A stretch of DNA of 63,484 nucleotides, counting the filler, from Reticulomyxa filosa (lineage: Eukaryota > Protista > Foraminifera), in NCBI GenBank assembly GCA_000512085.1. It is 19 parts of 19 records of this genome, joined end to end, with 100 filler letters (N's around TTAATTAATTAA, not from the genome) between each part and the next. Parts side by side here need not be neighbours in the genome. Positions count along the whole stretch, not along the records: positions 18,777 to 34,780 come from ASPP01020069.1; positions 34,881 to 36,153 come from ASPP01027570.1; positions 36,254 to 40,355 come from ASPP01006935.1; 16 more parts are not named here. One strand, given 5' to 3'. This document shows positions 25,278-38,833 of this stretch, piece after piece; the first letter of the stretch is position 1, and every line of letters begins with the position of its first letter. The translations under genes were made by a program, and so were the position numbers. The notes under the pieces were generated by a model, which worked only from the letters and a program-made list of their open reading frames with translations, searched no databases and was not told where the DNA came from.

Positions 25278-28221
25278 TGGAAAGCACTGAGGGCTTCATC
25301 TTGGGTCGTAGCGGCGCGCCGTCGGAAAAAAGGGCGAGTCTGCTGACGCCGGTTCTGCAAAAAAGGATATCTTTAATGAACGCGTCTTCAGGTCAGGACG
25401 TAACTTTGTATCTAACCGAAACGTCCAAGAATAGTTCGTTTTTTCCATTGTTGGCTAAGTTGTTCGAGCATACGGAACAGCAATCCACTGAAAATGACAA
25501 AGACAAAGATAATGGAGTGAAAGACATGCATATCTCAGTTAAACACTCGGCCGAGAAATGCCTATCAAAGCACCCCAAATGGGACAGCACTTCCGTCCGC
25601 CTTTGGTATATCTACTGAATGTGGCCAATTCATTAGGTGTCAAGACAAAGTCGCAAGCTGCAAAGGACGAGTTTGCGAATAGTGACAGCAGCAATAAGCT
25701 GACGTCAGCAATGAGAAAAAAGAAAGTCAGTGATAAGCTTTGCTGATGGGCTGTTGAAAGAACAGGTCCAAGGCGAAGAAAATGAAAGAATATCGAAAAG
25801 AGACAAGGCGAAGAAGACTGCGAAAAAAACAAGTCTGTTCATTTTAATGAAAGTAATAATGAAGAAGAAGAACATTAACGTGGAAAAGGCAATTCCAACA
25901 AAAAAGCATCGGTAACGACGACGGCATTGGCCAAGTCGCAACAGTCCAAAAAGACATCAAGTCAACATAAAACTCCAAAAACTAAACGGTAGATAGTTCT
26001 AAAAGGAATCGAACGGAACCGAAAGGCAACAATCTCGAAAGCGCTGCAGTTCATCTTTTTCGACAATGATATGGTGGCCAATGTCCTTGGTCTTACCTCG
26101 GCCGACTCGTTCGATCCAAACAATATGCTCCAATTATCACACAAATACCGAATATGACACAACAATCTCCAATTGATATCGCAGATCATGTATGTTTTTG
26201 TTTTGGATACGTATAACTAAACATATTTATATATTGTCTGGTAGCTTCGAATGGCAATCACATTTAGTGATGTATCTATCTCGAATTGGATACTTGACAA
26301 AGCATTGGACAACACTGAAGATAATATGGAGGATCCTCCGTTTTGGGAAAACGACCTGTCGTTTTACGTGGCTTTGATGATTGTGCAAATAATCTCTGAG
26401 TTCTTAAATGAGTACAAGGCGTTGAGCGAGCGTCGTTCCAAGTTTATGAAAATGACAAAGTATTTGACGTTTGTGAACAATCACATGTTTCATAAAAACT
26501 ATTTATGAAATCAAAGCCAATTTGATTTTAAAAAGTTTATATATAATGTATATTGATAATGTAAATTTTTTTATATATCTTAATATTGTTGTTATTGTTA
26601 TTGAAAACTCTTAAACTTACAGAAGATCCAATGACGAAGATGTTATATCCTCCAGTTGGACAAGCTCAGTCCTGGAATTGGATCTCGCTGGCCTCGCGAT
26701 CGGCGAACATTGTCTTAACGACATTGAAGGGTATGACGATAAAATAGGCCGTTGGAGAAATCAGCGGGACTGATGGAGCGATATGAGACAACACTAGCAC
26801 ATTAGCAACTGAAAAAACTAAACAATAACAAAGAGTGCATCCATTCGAAGCGTCAAGTAAAAGGAATATTCACAAGGGGACATTGTCGAGTCGACATATC
26901 AATCATCGACAGACGGCAACAAGTTGTCCACATCATCTCTCATTGAAAGGGATAAGGAAAAATTTAGCAGCGGACAATCGCATACTGGCAAACTGTCGCT
27001 TCATGAAGGCTCAGCCGACTTGCTGGAATGAAAGAATGACGGCAGCGTATACTAGTTGCATCGACATATTAGAGATGATTTCAATTTGTAAATCGATACT
27101 GTCCACAAAGTGTGCTTTTGCCACAACAAAACATATCACATGAATAGCAAAACCAAAAAATTGAAGAACCACTATTTCGTTATTCGATTTCATGCAATCT
27201 TCCGATATACTTTGAAAGATGAAGACAAAATCTTTGATTTTGTCAATGTCATCACAAGCTTTTGATTTGCAATTTGCCAGTTTCAAAAAATAAAATAAAA
27301 TGTCATATTTATTTACATAAATATAATATATATACATGTACGTATACGTATGTATGTATATAGATTGAAGTGCATGATAAAATAATAAATTACATATTGT
27401 GAATTTGTACTAGTTTACATTGCATTTTATTTCGCCTTTCGAAGACGTGGACACGAAGGCGGTGCAACATGAGCGGAAGCAGTATAATAATAAGGATAAG
27501 ACGCAAACGAATTGGAAAAAAGAAAGTGTCAAGGATGCAACTACCAAAGGCAAAGACAATGAAAAAAGGTAAAGTGACTATAATAAAAAGAAAGATCAGT
27601 GGGACTAGTGAAATCGATATTGAAGACGATGACACTTAACTAGTGAAGATATGAAGAAAAAGTGAAGGCAGCAAGAAAAAGTAACATTTTGCGTCCGACT
27701 ATCGGCTGGTCAAACATTATCGGCAACTGCTCTACGAAGGGGCCGCAAAGTTAGAAAATGCATAAATGTTTGTCAAACTCATTGTACCCGCTAAACTCTT
27801 CATGGGCAACGACATTATCGTCATCTGCGATCGCACAAAATCGCTTCACGATACATCAGCAACAGACGAACGAAAGTAAGATACAAAGACAGCATTGCAT
27901 AAAATTCAAGCGAACATAGAACTACTTCGTTAAGTTAGATTTCATTTCAGATTTTTTATACTTACAATACGTATAGATATATATTTAACAAAATTATTAC
28001 AAAAATACTTAAATCGATTGGGTACTTTCAAAAAAGAGTAAAAACTGTATGTTTATGAACAAGATATATACGATTTACACATATTCAGAGACTTTGCCCA
28101 ATGACGAGAAGATTTTCTTAGAATTGTTTGATATGATGAAGCATTGGAAAATAACAGCATTGCCTGAAACGGATATGAATGTGATTGTGTTACCATTTAC
28201 CCAAGACAAGGACAAAGCATA
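25278..28221 (+). pseudogene. Large decayed gene, probably a DH-PH (RhoGEF-type) protein
   Basis: A chain of broken coding-like frames with intron-like gaps. Near 27705-27830, RLVKHYRQLLYEG...KLFMGNDIIVICD resembles the start of the PH domain that follows a DH domain. Confidence 0.4.
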
Positions 28222-28499
28222 AAGACAAAGGATCTAGTTTATTAGACTAATTTTTTTTTGTAAAATGAAAAAAAATTCAATTCAATTTGTAATCATATGG
28301 TGGTACAATGTTTGAATGCACTGACAATGAGAAATGTCTATGTAACATTGCTACTGAAACGTGACATTCATTTGTCAAAAATCTATACCGAAAAAGTGTT
28401 TGAAGTTATTAATATTTTTTTGTTTGAAATATGTCAACTATCACACAAATAACTTTTTGAAAGCGAATACTAAATCTTTGCAAAAAAATAATAAATAGT

Positions 28500-30250
28500 A
28501 CTGTCAATAGAATAACAGATTAAAAGAAAAAGACCATATTCGGAAGAATTTGGAGATGCTCCAGTTACTTCACAGTTAGTAGGATGAAAAAGGACAATAC
28601 ATATTGAAATGAAAATGAAATATTTTGAAATGCATCTGCTGTTGTGATCGCCTTTGAACAGCTCGGAATTCAAAGATAAAATCATTTGAACTGGCGTGGA
28701 CGCTCGTGATAATGTGTTTGAAATGATGAATATGTCAACATTTGTGAATCCTGAAGATAAGAAAGCCCCTTTCAAATCATATAAAAATCCGAAGTAGTTT
28801 GCTAGTTGTGCAGGCCTTTGAAAGAGGCAATCTGTATGCTAGCAAGAAAAAGACAAGTCCTTTTCTTTTGGAAGTTAAAAGATCTACTTATCCAAAGTTG
28901 GAATATGTTGAATTTTTCGTTCGGTATTAAGTTTTGAAAGTAATTTATGTGATTCAAATATATAACAATATAAAATGCAACATAATGACGAAGAAGTATC
29001 GACCAAGTTTAACAGCAAATTAATATCCCTTTCTCAAGAAAAGAAAATAGACTAATGAAAACTCCAATAAAAACTATGACTTTACTTCCGAACAAATCAG
29101 CATCTAGCAAGAACATCTGTCGCAACGACATATGCTCAAAGGCAAAGAAAAATAATATATTGACTACTTGGAAATTTAATCCTTTTTTATTACTTCAAGT
29201 TACTTGATCGATTCGAACAATTGCTTATTGGCTAATGATAAAAATATAATCAGAAATTAGTTCAACTCAAAGTTTAATCTAAGTACTTTCACAATAAGAA
29301 AAAAATAGTATATACATATTTATGTATGTATTTTTTTTAAATAGAAAACATGTCGTACAAAATTGACAAGAAAAATTTGATTACACAATAAAACTTTACA
29401 AAGTTTATGCAGTCAATATAGAATTGGAGAAAGGTTATACAAATCGAAAAAGTTTTATAACGATTATAACAAAGCTGTCACTAAGCTACTAGTGTATATA
29501 CAATTATTATACCGAAAATACTGTGGTCTATCGGCCTAGTCGCATTACAGACTTTCGTTTGATTTCAAAAAGAAAAAAAAGATTATACATATTAAGATTG
29601 AGAAAATGATTAATAAGACAAAGAAAAACATTAAGGTAATGACTAAAAAACATCCAAAAAGATAATTCTTCAAGTTGAAGATTTGACTTCTCAATTCGAA
29701 CAAAAGTCTGATTCAGTATTGAAAACAAGTGAATAGTCAAAAATATTTGCTTTGGACGTCGTATGTCGCAATAGTTGAAAAAAATGATGAAAAAAAATAA
29801 ATCGATTTGGATCAATTGTTAGCAATTGATCCAAGCGTACTGTTTTACAACATAACTTTTATGTATTTTTTTTTTGTTTGGTGTTTTAGTTTTTTTTTAA
29901 TCATGTGTTATATGATTATTGCAGATATTACAAAACTTATCAAATTGAAAATAAAATACGCTAATCTAGCATCGCTTGGATAGCATTACAATGAAAACTC
30001 TTGCCGAAATCGAAAAGACTTTAGATGAGCTTTATTGAAATGTTGAAGAAACTAAAGAAAGAGGCGCTGGAGCATTTAGAAGATTTGTAGACAAAACCAG
30101 TAAAGATCTTGTCGAAACCTACATTCAAGCATACAATATTCACGACATATTGTTGTAGGCACACAACATTTTGAAACAAATGCTGCACATTCAAAATATT
30201 AATCAGAATGATAACATGATAATGTCAGATTCTAAGAAGATATTATGAAA
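28500..30250 (+). pseudogene. Decayed helical-protein gene of unknown family
   Basis: Coding-like frames broken by stops, e.g. DARDNVFEMMNMSTFVNPEDKKAPF and MKTLAEIEKTLDELY*NVEETKERGAGAFRRFVDK. Confidence 0.35.
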
Positions 30251-31329
30251 ATATCGGCCGACAGACACTAAATGTAAATACTTATGCTTTATTCTTTTTA
30301 AATAATTTTAATAACAAATTATATTTTTATATTATTGTTATTATATTAAAAATTATGTAACCATTCAATCAGTAGAAATAGACTTGTTCTTGGATAAAGA
30401 AAGTTTAGAATAGAATTGGCGAATGTTCAGACGAACACAGTATACAATACCAAGTACTTAGACGATAATACATTCAGTATATACACTTCAAATCAACATC
30501 TTCCTTCTGCACAAACACATGCCACAATGCAGCAGAACATATATTTGCCCCAGTACACGAAACATCGACAGTAAGCTTCCCCCAATGTCATAGTTGTCAA
30601 TAAAATATCACAACACATCAAATTTCAACAATATCTAGATTGTTGTTGTGGAAGTTGTTATGTCATTGTCCAATAATCAACTATTGAGTACAAAATATAT
30701 TCATATATTGATATTGCTAGATTTTCGTCTTGGATCAAAAAAAGACAAAAAAGCAAAAGTAATAGTTTTTTCCCATTTTTTCCTTTTTTAAAAATGTAGT
30801 TTTAATCACTTTTAGCCAGTGAGATTATTTTTGTGATATCTGCTTGTATTGTGGTTTACGCGAAGGTTTTATTTGTGTTTTGGAAGCATTGTTTTTCAAT
30901 TTAAGAAATTTTCGGTTTTGTAATTAAATAGCAAATTTTTCAGTTTTAATTTTTGAATTGAAGTTTTTTAGTTTAACCAAAATCTAATTCATTTTTTATG
31001 AATGAAAGTCGCTTAATTTATGAAACCTATTAACCGTTTTAAATTAATATACTTGATGATAACTTCATTATGTAAATTGCAATTTTTTCTTTTCGGTTTT
31101 TATGTATTTGAATAAAATTGATATTGTATTGTAGTTTTATCTGTTGAATTCAATACTTAATTGACATATATATAATATATCAACATAATTGTCCTTAATA
31201 GCTTATTGAAATTGAGTTTTAATTTTATGTAGAGTAATTTCAAACATGACACAATTTTTTTGATTTCATTACAAAAAAATAACGACGTTTTAAATTCAAT
31301 AAAATGATCAGTAAAAGCAAATTTTGTGT

Positions 31330-32470
31330 TTAACCCCAAATCCGAATTGTACAGTCTGGAGAACCTGATGCAATTGCACTGCCATTTGGTGATATATCCA
31401 CTGAAAGTACAGATTTTGAATGTCCTTTCAATTCTTGTGCTTTTTTTCCTGTTTTTATATCCCATAAACAAATGTTATTATCATCTGAACAAGACACGAT
31501 CATTTGACCTTCTGGGAAATATTTTACATCATTTACATCATATTCATTTTCTATTATCTGTAGTTCTTTTCCTGTTGTTACATCCCATATTCGAATTGTT
31601 CCATCCCATGAACCTGATACAACAAATTGGCCATTTGGAGAAAATCTTACACGTCTTACACTATAAAAATGTCCGTTTAGTTCTTTTAATCTTTTACCTG
31701 TTTTTACATCCCATATACTAACTGTTTTATCCTTAGAAGATGATACAATCTTTTGACCATCTGGTGAAAATTGTACACACCATATACCACTTGAATGACC
31801 CATCAATTTTTTTATCTCTTTGTTGGAATTTACATCCCATAATCGAATTGTTGTATCAGCTAAGCCTAATACAATTGTTTTGCCATCTGGAGAAAAATCT
31901 ATATATAATGTCGATGGTGACACAACAAAATCAATTATAATCCTTTTCACTTCTTTTCCTGTGTTTACATCCCATAAACGTGTTGTTTTATCAGATGAAC
32001 ACGAGGCAATAGTATATCCATCTGGTGAAAATTCTGCAGTAAAGATCCATTTTGAATGTCCTATAAAAATCTGAATTTGTTTTCCTGATAAAACATCCCA
32101 TAATCGAATCGTTTTATCTGCTGATGCTGAAACGAGCCTATAACCATCTGGAGAAAATTTTACATGAGTTATTTCATCCTTGTGTCCTTCTAAAATTCTT
32201 ACCATTTGAAATTTGGCCTATTTATGTGTTGATGATTTAACAATTGATACGTATAAGCTGGATCAAAATTCTTAACATATCTAATAACAATTTTGTCAAA
32301 ATCATCTATCCATCCTAATCTCATGTTTGATATTCGAATCCAATTTTGGATGATTATTTTTACTTCTTTCTCTGGCTGTTGTTTTGTTAGTTCCTCAAGT
32401 ACATAAAGACAAAGATAAAGATTTCTTGAAATGGGCTGAGACATACCGACGGTGATGTTAGAGTATCCAT
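31330..32470 (-). CDS. WD40-repeat protein (7-bladed propeller), expanded family
   Basis: 291-aa exon with seven regular GH..V.FSPDG..I.S.S.D.TIRLWD repeats. Upstream exon [30 protein letters not shown], and ATG at 32470. Confidence 0.92.
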
Positions 32471-33450
32471 TCTATAGCAGAAGAGTGGCAATGTAATCTT
32501 GAACGATTAAATTGGATGATCAAGCACAAACTTTGAACTTTTGGACTCAAAAATCATCACATAGTTTACTATCTGAGACAAAGTTTTGAAATGACATGAG
32601 AAAAAAACGTAATAATGTAATATTATATTCCAAGAACTCGTTTCGGTATCTCAATAAAGTGTTGAAAGCAACAGTATCTTTGAAGCAAAAAAGAAAAGCT
32701 ATGAAATAACATTGTCACATTGACCGTGGAACGTTTGTTTACAACTGTAAAAAGACTTTGATTTTCACAGAAAGGTGAAAGCGATAGTTGCAGTGAACAA
32801 CAATAGGAATTCGAAATTAGAGACAAACAGTGTGAGAATTGAAGCATTGATCATATGTGTAAAAACGAATAACTATATTTCAATATACAGCATTAGATAT
32901 AAAAATAAAATTATTGAGGCTAATTTGGTTAATTCTAACGAACCCATCCTATGAAATTCAATCTTATATTTTTTTAAATTGTAATTTAGTGCATAGAAAA
33001 CTCAAGAAAAGCGTATTTTAAAAAGAAATGTCACGACTTGTTTTATTGAATATGAAATGCATAAGGCTAATGCCCTATTTGCTTTATTTCTTCACTCTCA
33101 GATGTGAACAGTTTTATTACACCAATGTCCATAGACTTAATTTATTCTAATGTAATGTGATAGTTTTTATTTTTCAATTTGAGCCCAAAAGTAAATACAC
33201 TAAGACTTTACACTTACACTCAAAATGATATCGTGATGCAATTTTATCAATATGCAAAAAATTAATTTACATTGTTCAATTTCATTAATTAGTACTGAGA
33301 TTAATTTGAGTGAAGTAGCTCAAAATGAGTGTATTTGACAATATTTTGCAAAAAAGTACAATATTTTAAAAAAAAAAAAATCCCACGCATGCACACATAC
33401 ACCACATAGTTTTTTTTATGTGATATTTGACAAGTTTTATGTGTTGACAT

Positions 33451-34440
33451 TTAAAAAAAGCAACAAACGCGTTTTCTTGTTTCAGTTAATTCAAAGTCAA
33501 TATTTATGGTGGCTTGTTCTTGCAATTGGCTGATATGTACATATACATATGTGTACGTATTTATAGCATAAAATTTCATTCGATGTCAAGCGAGGTATCC
33601 AGACATATTTAAAAAAGAAAAAAAAAAAAGGTCACTGAACTTGTCAGTATCTACGGCACATGCAACATTGATAAGTTCGCGCATGGCGATACCAAAATGA
33701 TCGCCATCTAAAGCACTGGTTTCAGCGAAAAGCATACCAAGTTGATTTGCCAGTGATTCACCGTCTTGTTGAGAAACGACGCGAGCCGATTGCAAATCCG
33801 ACTTATTTCCACACAACAAAAATGGGCATTTCGTGTTTGAACTCAACTGCGCATTCTTCAAAAATGTTTTATGCCACATTTTAATATTTTTGAATGAGTC
33901 AGCATTTGTTATATCATACACTAACACACAGGCATCTTGCACAAACACCAAAACCAACATTAGCACATTTATACTTTTTTTGAAGGAGACGGAAAAGTAG
34001 AAAAGAATGCAATGGGAAAAAAAAAAACGCGCACCTGCTCCTCTGTAAAATGATGTCCCTACATCTCTGAATTTTTCCTGTCCGGAATTGTCCCACATCT
34101 GTCTCAAAAAAAATATATATATACGTGCTCTTAAAAAAATATATAGGTATATAATTTATTTTTTTTTGGTGGTAACTTGCAATGTTACTGACATGTTGTC
34201 AATAGAGACGCTCTTGGTCAGAAAATCTGCTCCTTGAGTTGGTTCGTATGTTTGAGTAAACTTCTCGTTTATGTATTTTTGGAAAAGAACCGTTTTGCCC
34301 ACACTTTCATCCACAAACAAAAGAAATACGTAAAATAAGCAGTGCAAAATGTGTTTAGTTCTTTTGTGAAAAAAAAAGACTTGCCAAGCATCTCCCAAAA
34401 TAATTATCTTTAGCAGGACTCTCTTGGTTTCTTGGGCCAT
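33451..34440 (-). CDS. Divergent Rab7-like small GTPase, 5 exons
   Basis: LLKIIILGDACVGKT, GADFLTK, WDNSGQEKF, FYRGADACVLVYD, PFLLCGNKSD and ETSA motifs. The last exon ends RKRVCCFF* (CCxx prenylation motif). First intron 34304-34384 is GC-AG. Confidence 0.9.
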
Positions 34441-34668
34441 TTTTGCTTACTTTGATTATTGAATGATGCCGATACCTGGTTTATAAAAAAATACATTTCA
34501 ATTTTTAAAAAAGACTCACCATAACGTTAAGTGTTTCTGATTTTCTTCATATTTGAAATAAATTTGAAATTGGAAGTGAGTACAAAAAAATTAGTGAGAA
34601 AAAATTTCAACTGAAGAAATAGTTTAATGTGAAGTAGCTATAATAAGTACGTTTGCAACCAGAAGCTA

Positions 34669-34780
34669 CAGTAGAATGCAAAGTAAAGTTGACACATAAA
34701 ACGGCACCTTATAGAGATGATTGATTTTCTACGTGAAAAAACAACATTCAGACCTAATTTTTTTAAAAAATATCTACAAA
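34669..34780 (+). mobile_element. Tc1/mariner-like TIR (subfamily 2), cut by contig end
   Basis: TA|CAGTAGAATGCAAAGTAAAGTTGACACATAAAACGGCACCTTATAG..TTGATTTT..AACATTCAGACCTAATTTTT aligns with the copies at 60743 and 48143. Confidence 0.7.
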
Positions 34781-35303
34781 NNNNNNNNNNNNNNNNNNNN
34801 NNNNNNNNNNNNNNNNNNNNNNNNTTAATTAATTAANNNNNNNNNNNNNNNNNNNNNNNNNNNNNNNNNNNNNNNNNNNNACCGAGGTCACAACAAATGT
34901 TGTTTTTTTTTAAAGTATATTAACTGATACACAAGTTTCTTGGACAAGTTTTTGTGTAGAGCAATTTTTCACTCGTCTGAAGCTCCCTTTGTATGAAAAT
35001 GTTATAAACTGAAAGAACTACTTGAAATGTTAAAAGTCAATAATTTTTGTGTTTGTCTCGAAAAAACAAATGTTCTCGTTCTGCGTTTCTTAATTTACAT
35101 TTTTTGAAATGAAACAATAAGATCTTGTTTTTTTTTCTTGAAATCTTTGATCCAAAGATGGCAAATGAAACAAATGGATATTAAACAAAATACCACATGA
35201 GATTATTACAAAACATCACAAAAAAGATTTTATCTTGAGCAAATGGATTATTTGTTCTATTTTCATAACATGTTATTCGATAATGATAATAATAATAATT
35301 TAT

Positions 35304-36153
35304 TTAATAATTGGAAGCATTTGTATAAAAATAAAGATCTTGGTATGCATTCAGCATATTTGCTATCATCGCTGTAAATAAAAACATAAAACATAATGAA
35401 ATAAATTTTCTTGTGTAAGAATTTAAAATATTTAAACAATGTTTTTTTTTTTAAAACTTAATATCCAAAATCGAATCTTTGAATTTCTACTTTTTAAAGA
35501 ATCTGCAACTGAATCAAGAGGATATTTTACGTATTTTTGAAAAAATGGAGGTCTCAATAAATACATCAACCAATAAGTGCGTCTTCGTTTTAATTCTTGT
35601 TTTGATCGTTCTGAGCATCCACGTAACCTATATACATATATATAATATATATATATATATATTATATTATATAATTATATAAAATAGCATTAAAAATGAT
35701 TAATTTAATTAACATATGTATTGTATTACTGGCCAAATCCAAAGATAAAGAAGCATAAAAAGGTAGCCAATTTGAATCATCCATTCCTGTTGACATATAT
35801 GTTGAAACATATACAACAGGTCTAACAATATTTAATACTTCTGCAACAATACTCATATGTTTTCGATATGTTTGACGCTGTTTCTCTTTTGTTTGTGATT
35901 GAGACATATCATCAGTAGAATCAGTGCTATATTCATCATCATCATTATCATTATCATTATTATTATCATCATTATCATCATTATCATCTAATGACTCATA
36001 TTGACCATCAATAAACATATCTCCCTTTTTTTTATTCATTGTTTTGTGTGTATTGCTATTTGCAGAAACAATTTTGCTTGGTCGAGACAAAGGCGAAAAA
36101 TAGCCATGTGGATGAGCACCACGTCCATGATCAAAATACATCATTTGTAAATT
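35304..36153 (-). CDS. PEX16: Peroxisomal biogenesis protein PEX16, 3' exons
   Basis: VAEVLNIVRPVVY...WLPFYASLSLDLAS, next exon KQELKRRRTYWLMYLLRPPFF, last exon MLNAYQDLYFYTNASNY*. These follow the conserved Pex16 C-terminal blocks. Confidence 0.85.
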
Positions 36154-36306
36154 NNNNNNNNNNNNNNNNNNNNNNNNNNNNNNNNNNNNNNNNNNNNTTA
36201 ATTAATTAANNNNNNNNNNNNNNNNNNNNNNNNNNNNNNNNNNNNNNNNNNNNTTTTTTTTTTTTTTTTTTTTTTTTGAAAACAAAAAAAAAAAAAAGAT
36301 GTAACT

Positions 36307-37251
36307 GTGGATATTTGTAAAATGATGGTAACATCCTCGACCCTTTTTCCAATAACCACACGCACCCCTGACATGTGGACAACGTCGACAGAACAGCCAC
36401 GGCCTGTGGACACCTCTTCGCCTTTGGCAACGACGACCAAGACAACGTACACTACGGTCGATGCAGCCGCACGGCTTCAGGACACCCCGTCGAGGATACA
36501 CATGAGCAAATTTCAGTCTCTTTCGTACGTGCTCATCTTGGTGGCGTTTGTTTGCGCCGGCTGCCTGTGTGGATGCTTCACAACTGCTTATCGTGATTTC
36601 ATACAAAATGTCGTTGGCAAAAGCACAAGGCCTGCAAGTAACACAGAAATTATTGAGTTTGGTACAGAAGAGGAGGAGGAGGAGAAGGAGAAGAAGAAGA
36701 AGAAGAAGGAGCCTATTGAAACGAAGGCACACCAAACGGCCCATGAGCATGACTATGGTCACGATTACGATTATGACATTGACTTTGATCCGGACTTGAA
36801 CCGACCTCTACATCTCGTTGGAGGTGATGTGAACCCGGCATCAGTGACACAAACTCATTACGCTTTTATTTCGAACGAAGGTAAATATGGTGATGACAAT
36901 GACGATGAAGACAATGACAATGGGAATGATGGTGATGATGATGACGATGATGATAGTGATAATGATAATGATAATGATAATGATGATAATGATAATGAAA
37001 CACATACTTTTTCACATGCTCCTATCGCAACGACCTCAAAACGCAACTTTTCACTTGATGTTCGAATGCCACGACAATTCATTTCTGTGCTGCCTCCTCC
37101 ACCTCCTCCAGAAGCCACTCGACAAGCAATGGCTGATGTATCTCCTGCGCCTCCTCTTCTTTCTTCTTATCACAATACAGTACCCTTGAGTTATGAACAC
37201 ACGGACGAAATGGAGTGGGAACACTGGAAACCTCGTTCAAACTTTGTCTAG
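36307..37251 (+). CDS. Hypothetical single-pass membrane protein with Thr-rich and Asp/Asn-rich tracts
   Basis: 314-aa ORF with a Thr/Ser-rich segment, hydrophobic LSYVLILVAFVCAGCLCGCF, acidic repeats and poly-Pro. Confidence 0.6.
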   Translation: MDICKMMVTSSTLFPITTRTPDMWTTSTEQPRPVDTSSPLATTTKTTYTTVDAAARLQDTPSRIHMSKFQSLSYVLILVAFVCAGCLCGCFTTAYRDFIQNVVGKSTRPASNTEIIEFGTEEEEEEKEKKKKKKEPIETKAHQTAHEHDYGHDYDYDIDFDPDLNRPLHLVGGDVNPASVTQTHYAFISNEGKYGDDNDDEDNDNGNDGDDDDDDDSDNDNDNDNDDNDNETHTFSHAPIATTSKRNFSLDVRMPRQFISVLPPPPPPEATRQAMADVSPAPPLLSSYHNTVPLSYEHTDEMEWEHWKPRSNFV

Positions 37252-38833
37252 TACTCCCTTTCATTCCGGATTGTTCAGACTGTAGTTTATGTGCTAGACA
37301 CGTCCTTTTATGTCAGGATCGAAAGTTTTTCTGTTTCAATTGGAACATATTCCTTGTATGAGTTCTTTTTTTAGCATGTGTGTTGAAGGAATGCAGTCAA
37401 GTACATGTGCATGTATTACTTAAGTCTTTATTATTATTGTGTGCACTTTTTGAGATTGGTTATTATTATCGTTTTATGGGTTTTTCTTTGGTTTTTTAAC
37501 TTTCCCCCTATTCGTACTTTTTTATGGTTTTTTTTGGAGTAATGTGTACATTTTCTGATCAAATCAATTGATTGCTGGTTACGTTTTTTACGGTTACCAT
37601 TTTAAAGTTTGGAATGTTGTTTTAAGAAAAATGCAATACAGTAAAATTGACCTTGATACATCTTTGCGCTTTTCAAAGCACAGAAAAAAGCACATTGCAA
37701 CTAATCTTTTAAATTATTTAAAAGAGCAGGTACCCTTTTCAAGTTAAAAAATACAACTTAAAATTTGAAGTTCACTGAATATTTTCTCCCCTTTTCTTGA
37801 ATTTAATCATTGAAGACAAGTGGTGTTTGAAGTAAAGTATAAGCGGTAGAGATGAAAGCACATAGGCATTCAAGTTTTGTTTTTCTTTTTTTTTTTTTTG
37901 AGCGGGTAAACGAGAAACAAAAAACTGTTTGTACAGTGCGCGGGAAATGGAAAAAGAAGAGAATGAGAAAAAGAAAAAGACAGAGAAAAGCAAGAAAGGG
38001 TTAGACAAAGAAATGCAATTGTTGGCACACGCTTTCAGTCACCAAACGCATGTTTCAATTGGCGTTTAAACCAAAAAACCTGTTTGGACAACGCAAGATG
38101 GCAAGAAGGCGATTTTGCGAAGAAGAGAAAAAAGAAAAACAAATTGTTTTAGCTTTTTTACGCTTGTCATCAGTGTGAAAGAGTTGTGCGACAATATTTT
38201 TTTTGTCCTGCTGTTTGTAATAGCGTTCTTTTTAAAAAAGTGCGGAACTTGGTGAGCTCATCAATGATCTGTGACTTTTTTACTTGGTTTTATACTCACA
38301 AAAAACATTGTGACTTATGTGAATCCTCGCAAAGTTACTCATACTCGGAAATTTTTGTAAAAAATGCAAGTAAGAGAAAAAATGAATACAATATTAAATT
38401 TTAAATTGTAGTGCCGCAAAAGCAATCAGTATTATGTGTTAAGAAAGTATCCTAAAAAATACGATACAAGTTAGTATAATTCTAAAATTGTTTGTGAACA
38501 GTAAATAATAGCTGCGAAAACATTTGCACAACTTTCAATTTTTCTTACATTTGACTATACTGTTGGCATTCGTTAAAATAAATGTTTTGAGATCAAAAAT
38601 CTTTGTAAATTCTATATTCAGATTAGCACTAGGAATCAGTGAATATTTGAATGTTTTTCAGTAAAAAAATGTGAAAAGATACGAAGTGTTATAAATTGGA
38701 TTAAGAATTATAAATTTTTAAAACATGAGAGTTAAGGCACATATACAGCAACGAACATTACAATAAAAGGACAGTCAGTCACAAGGTTTTGCAGCATAGC
38801 AATTGCAAATGAGAGCTCACGAAGAGTGATAGC

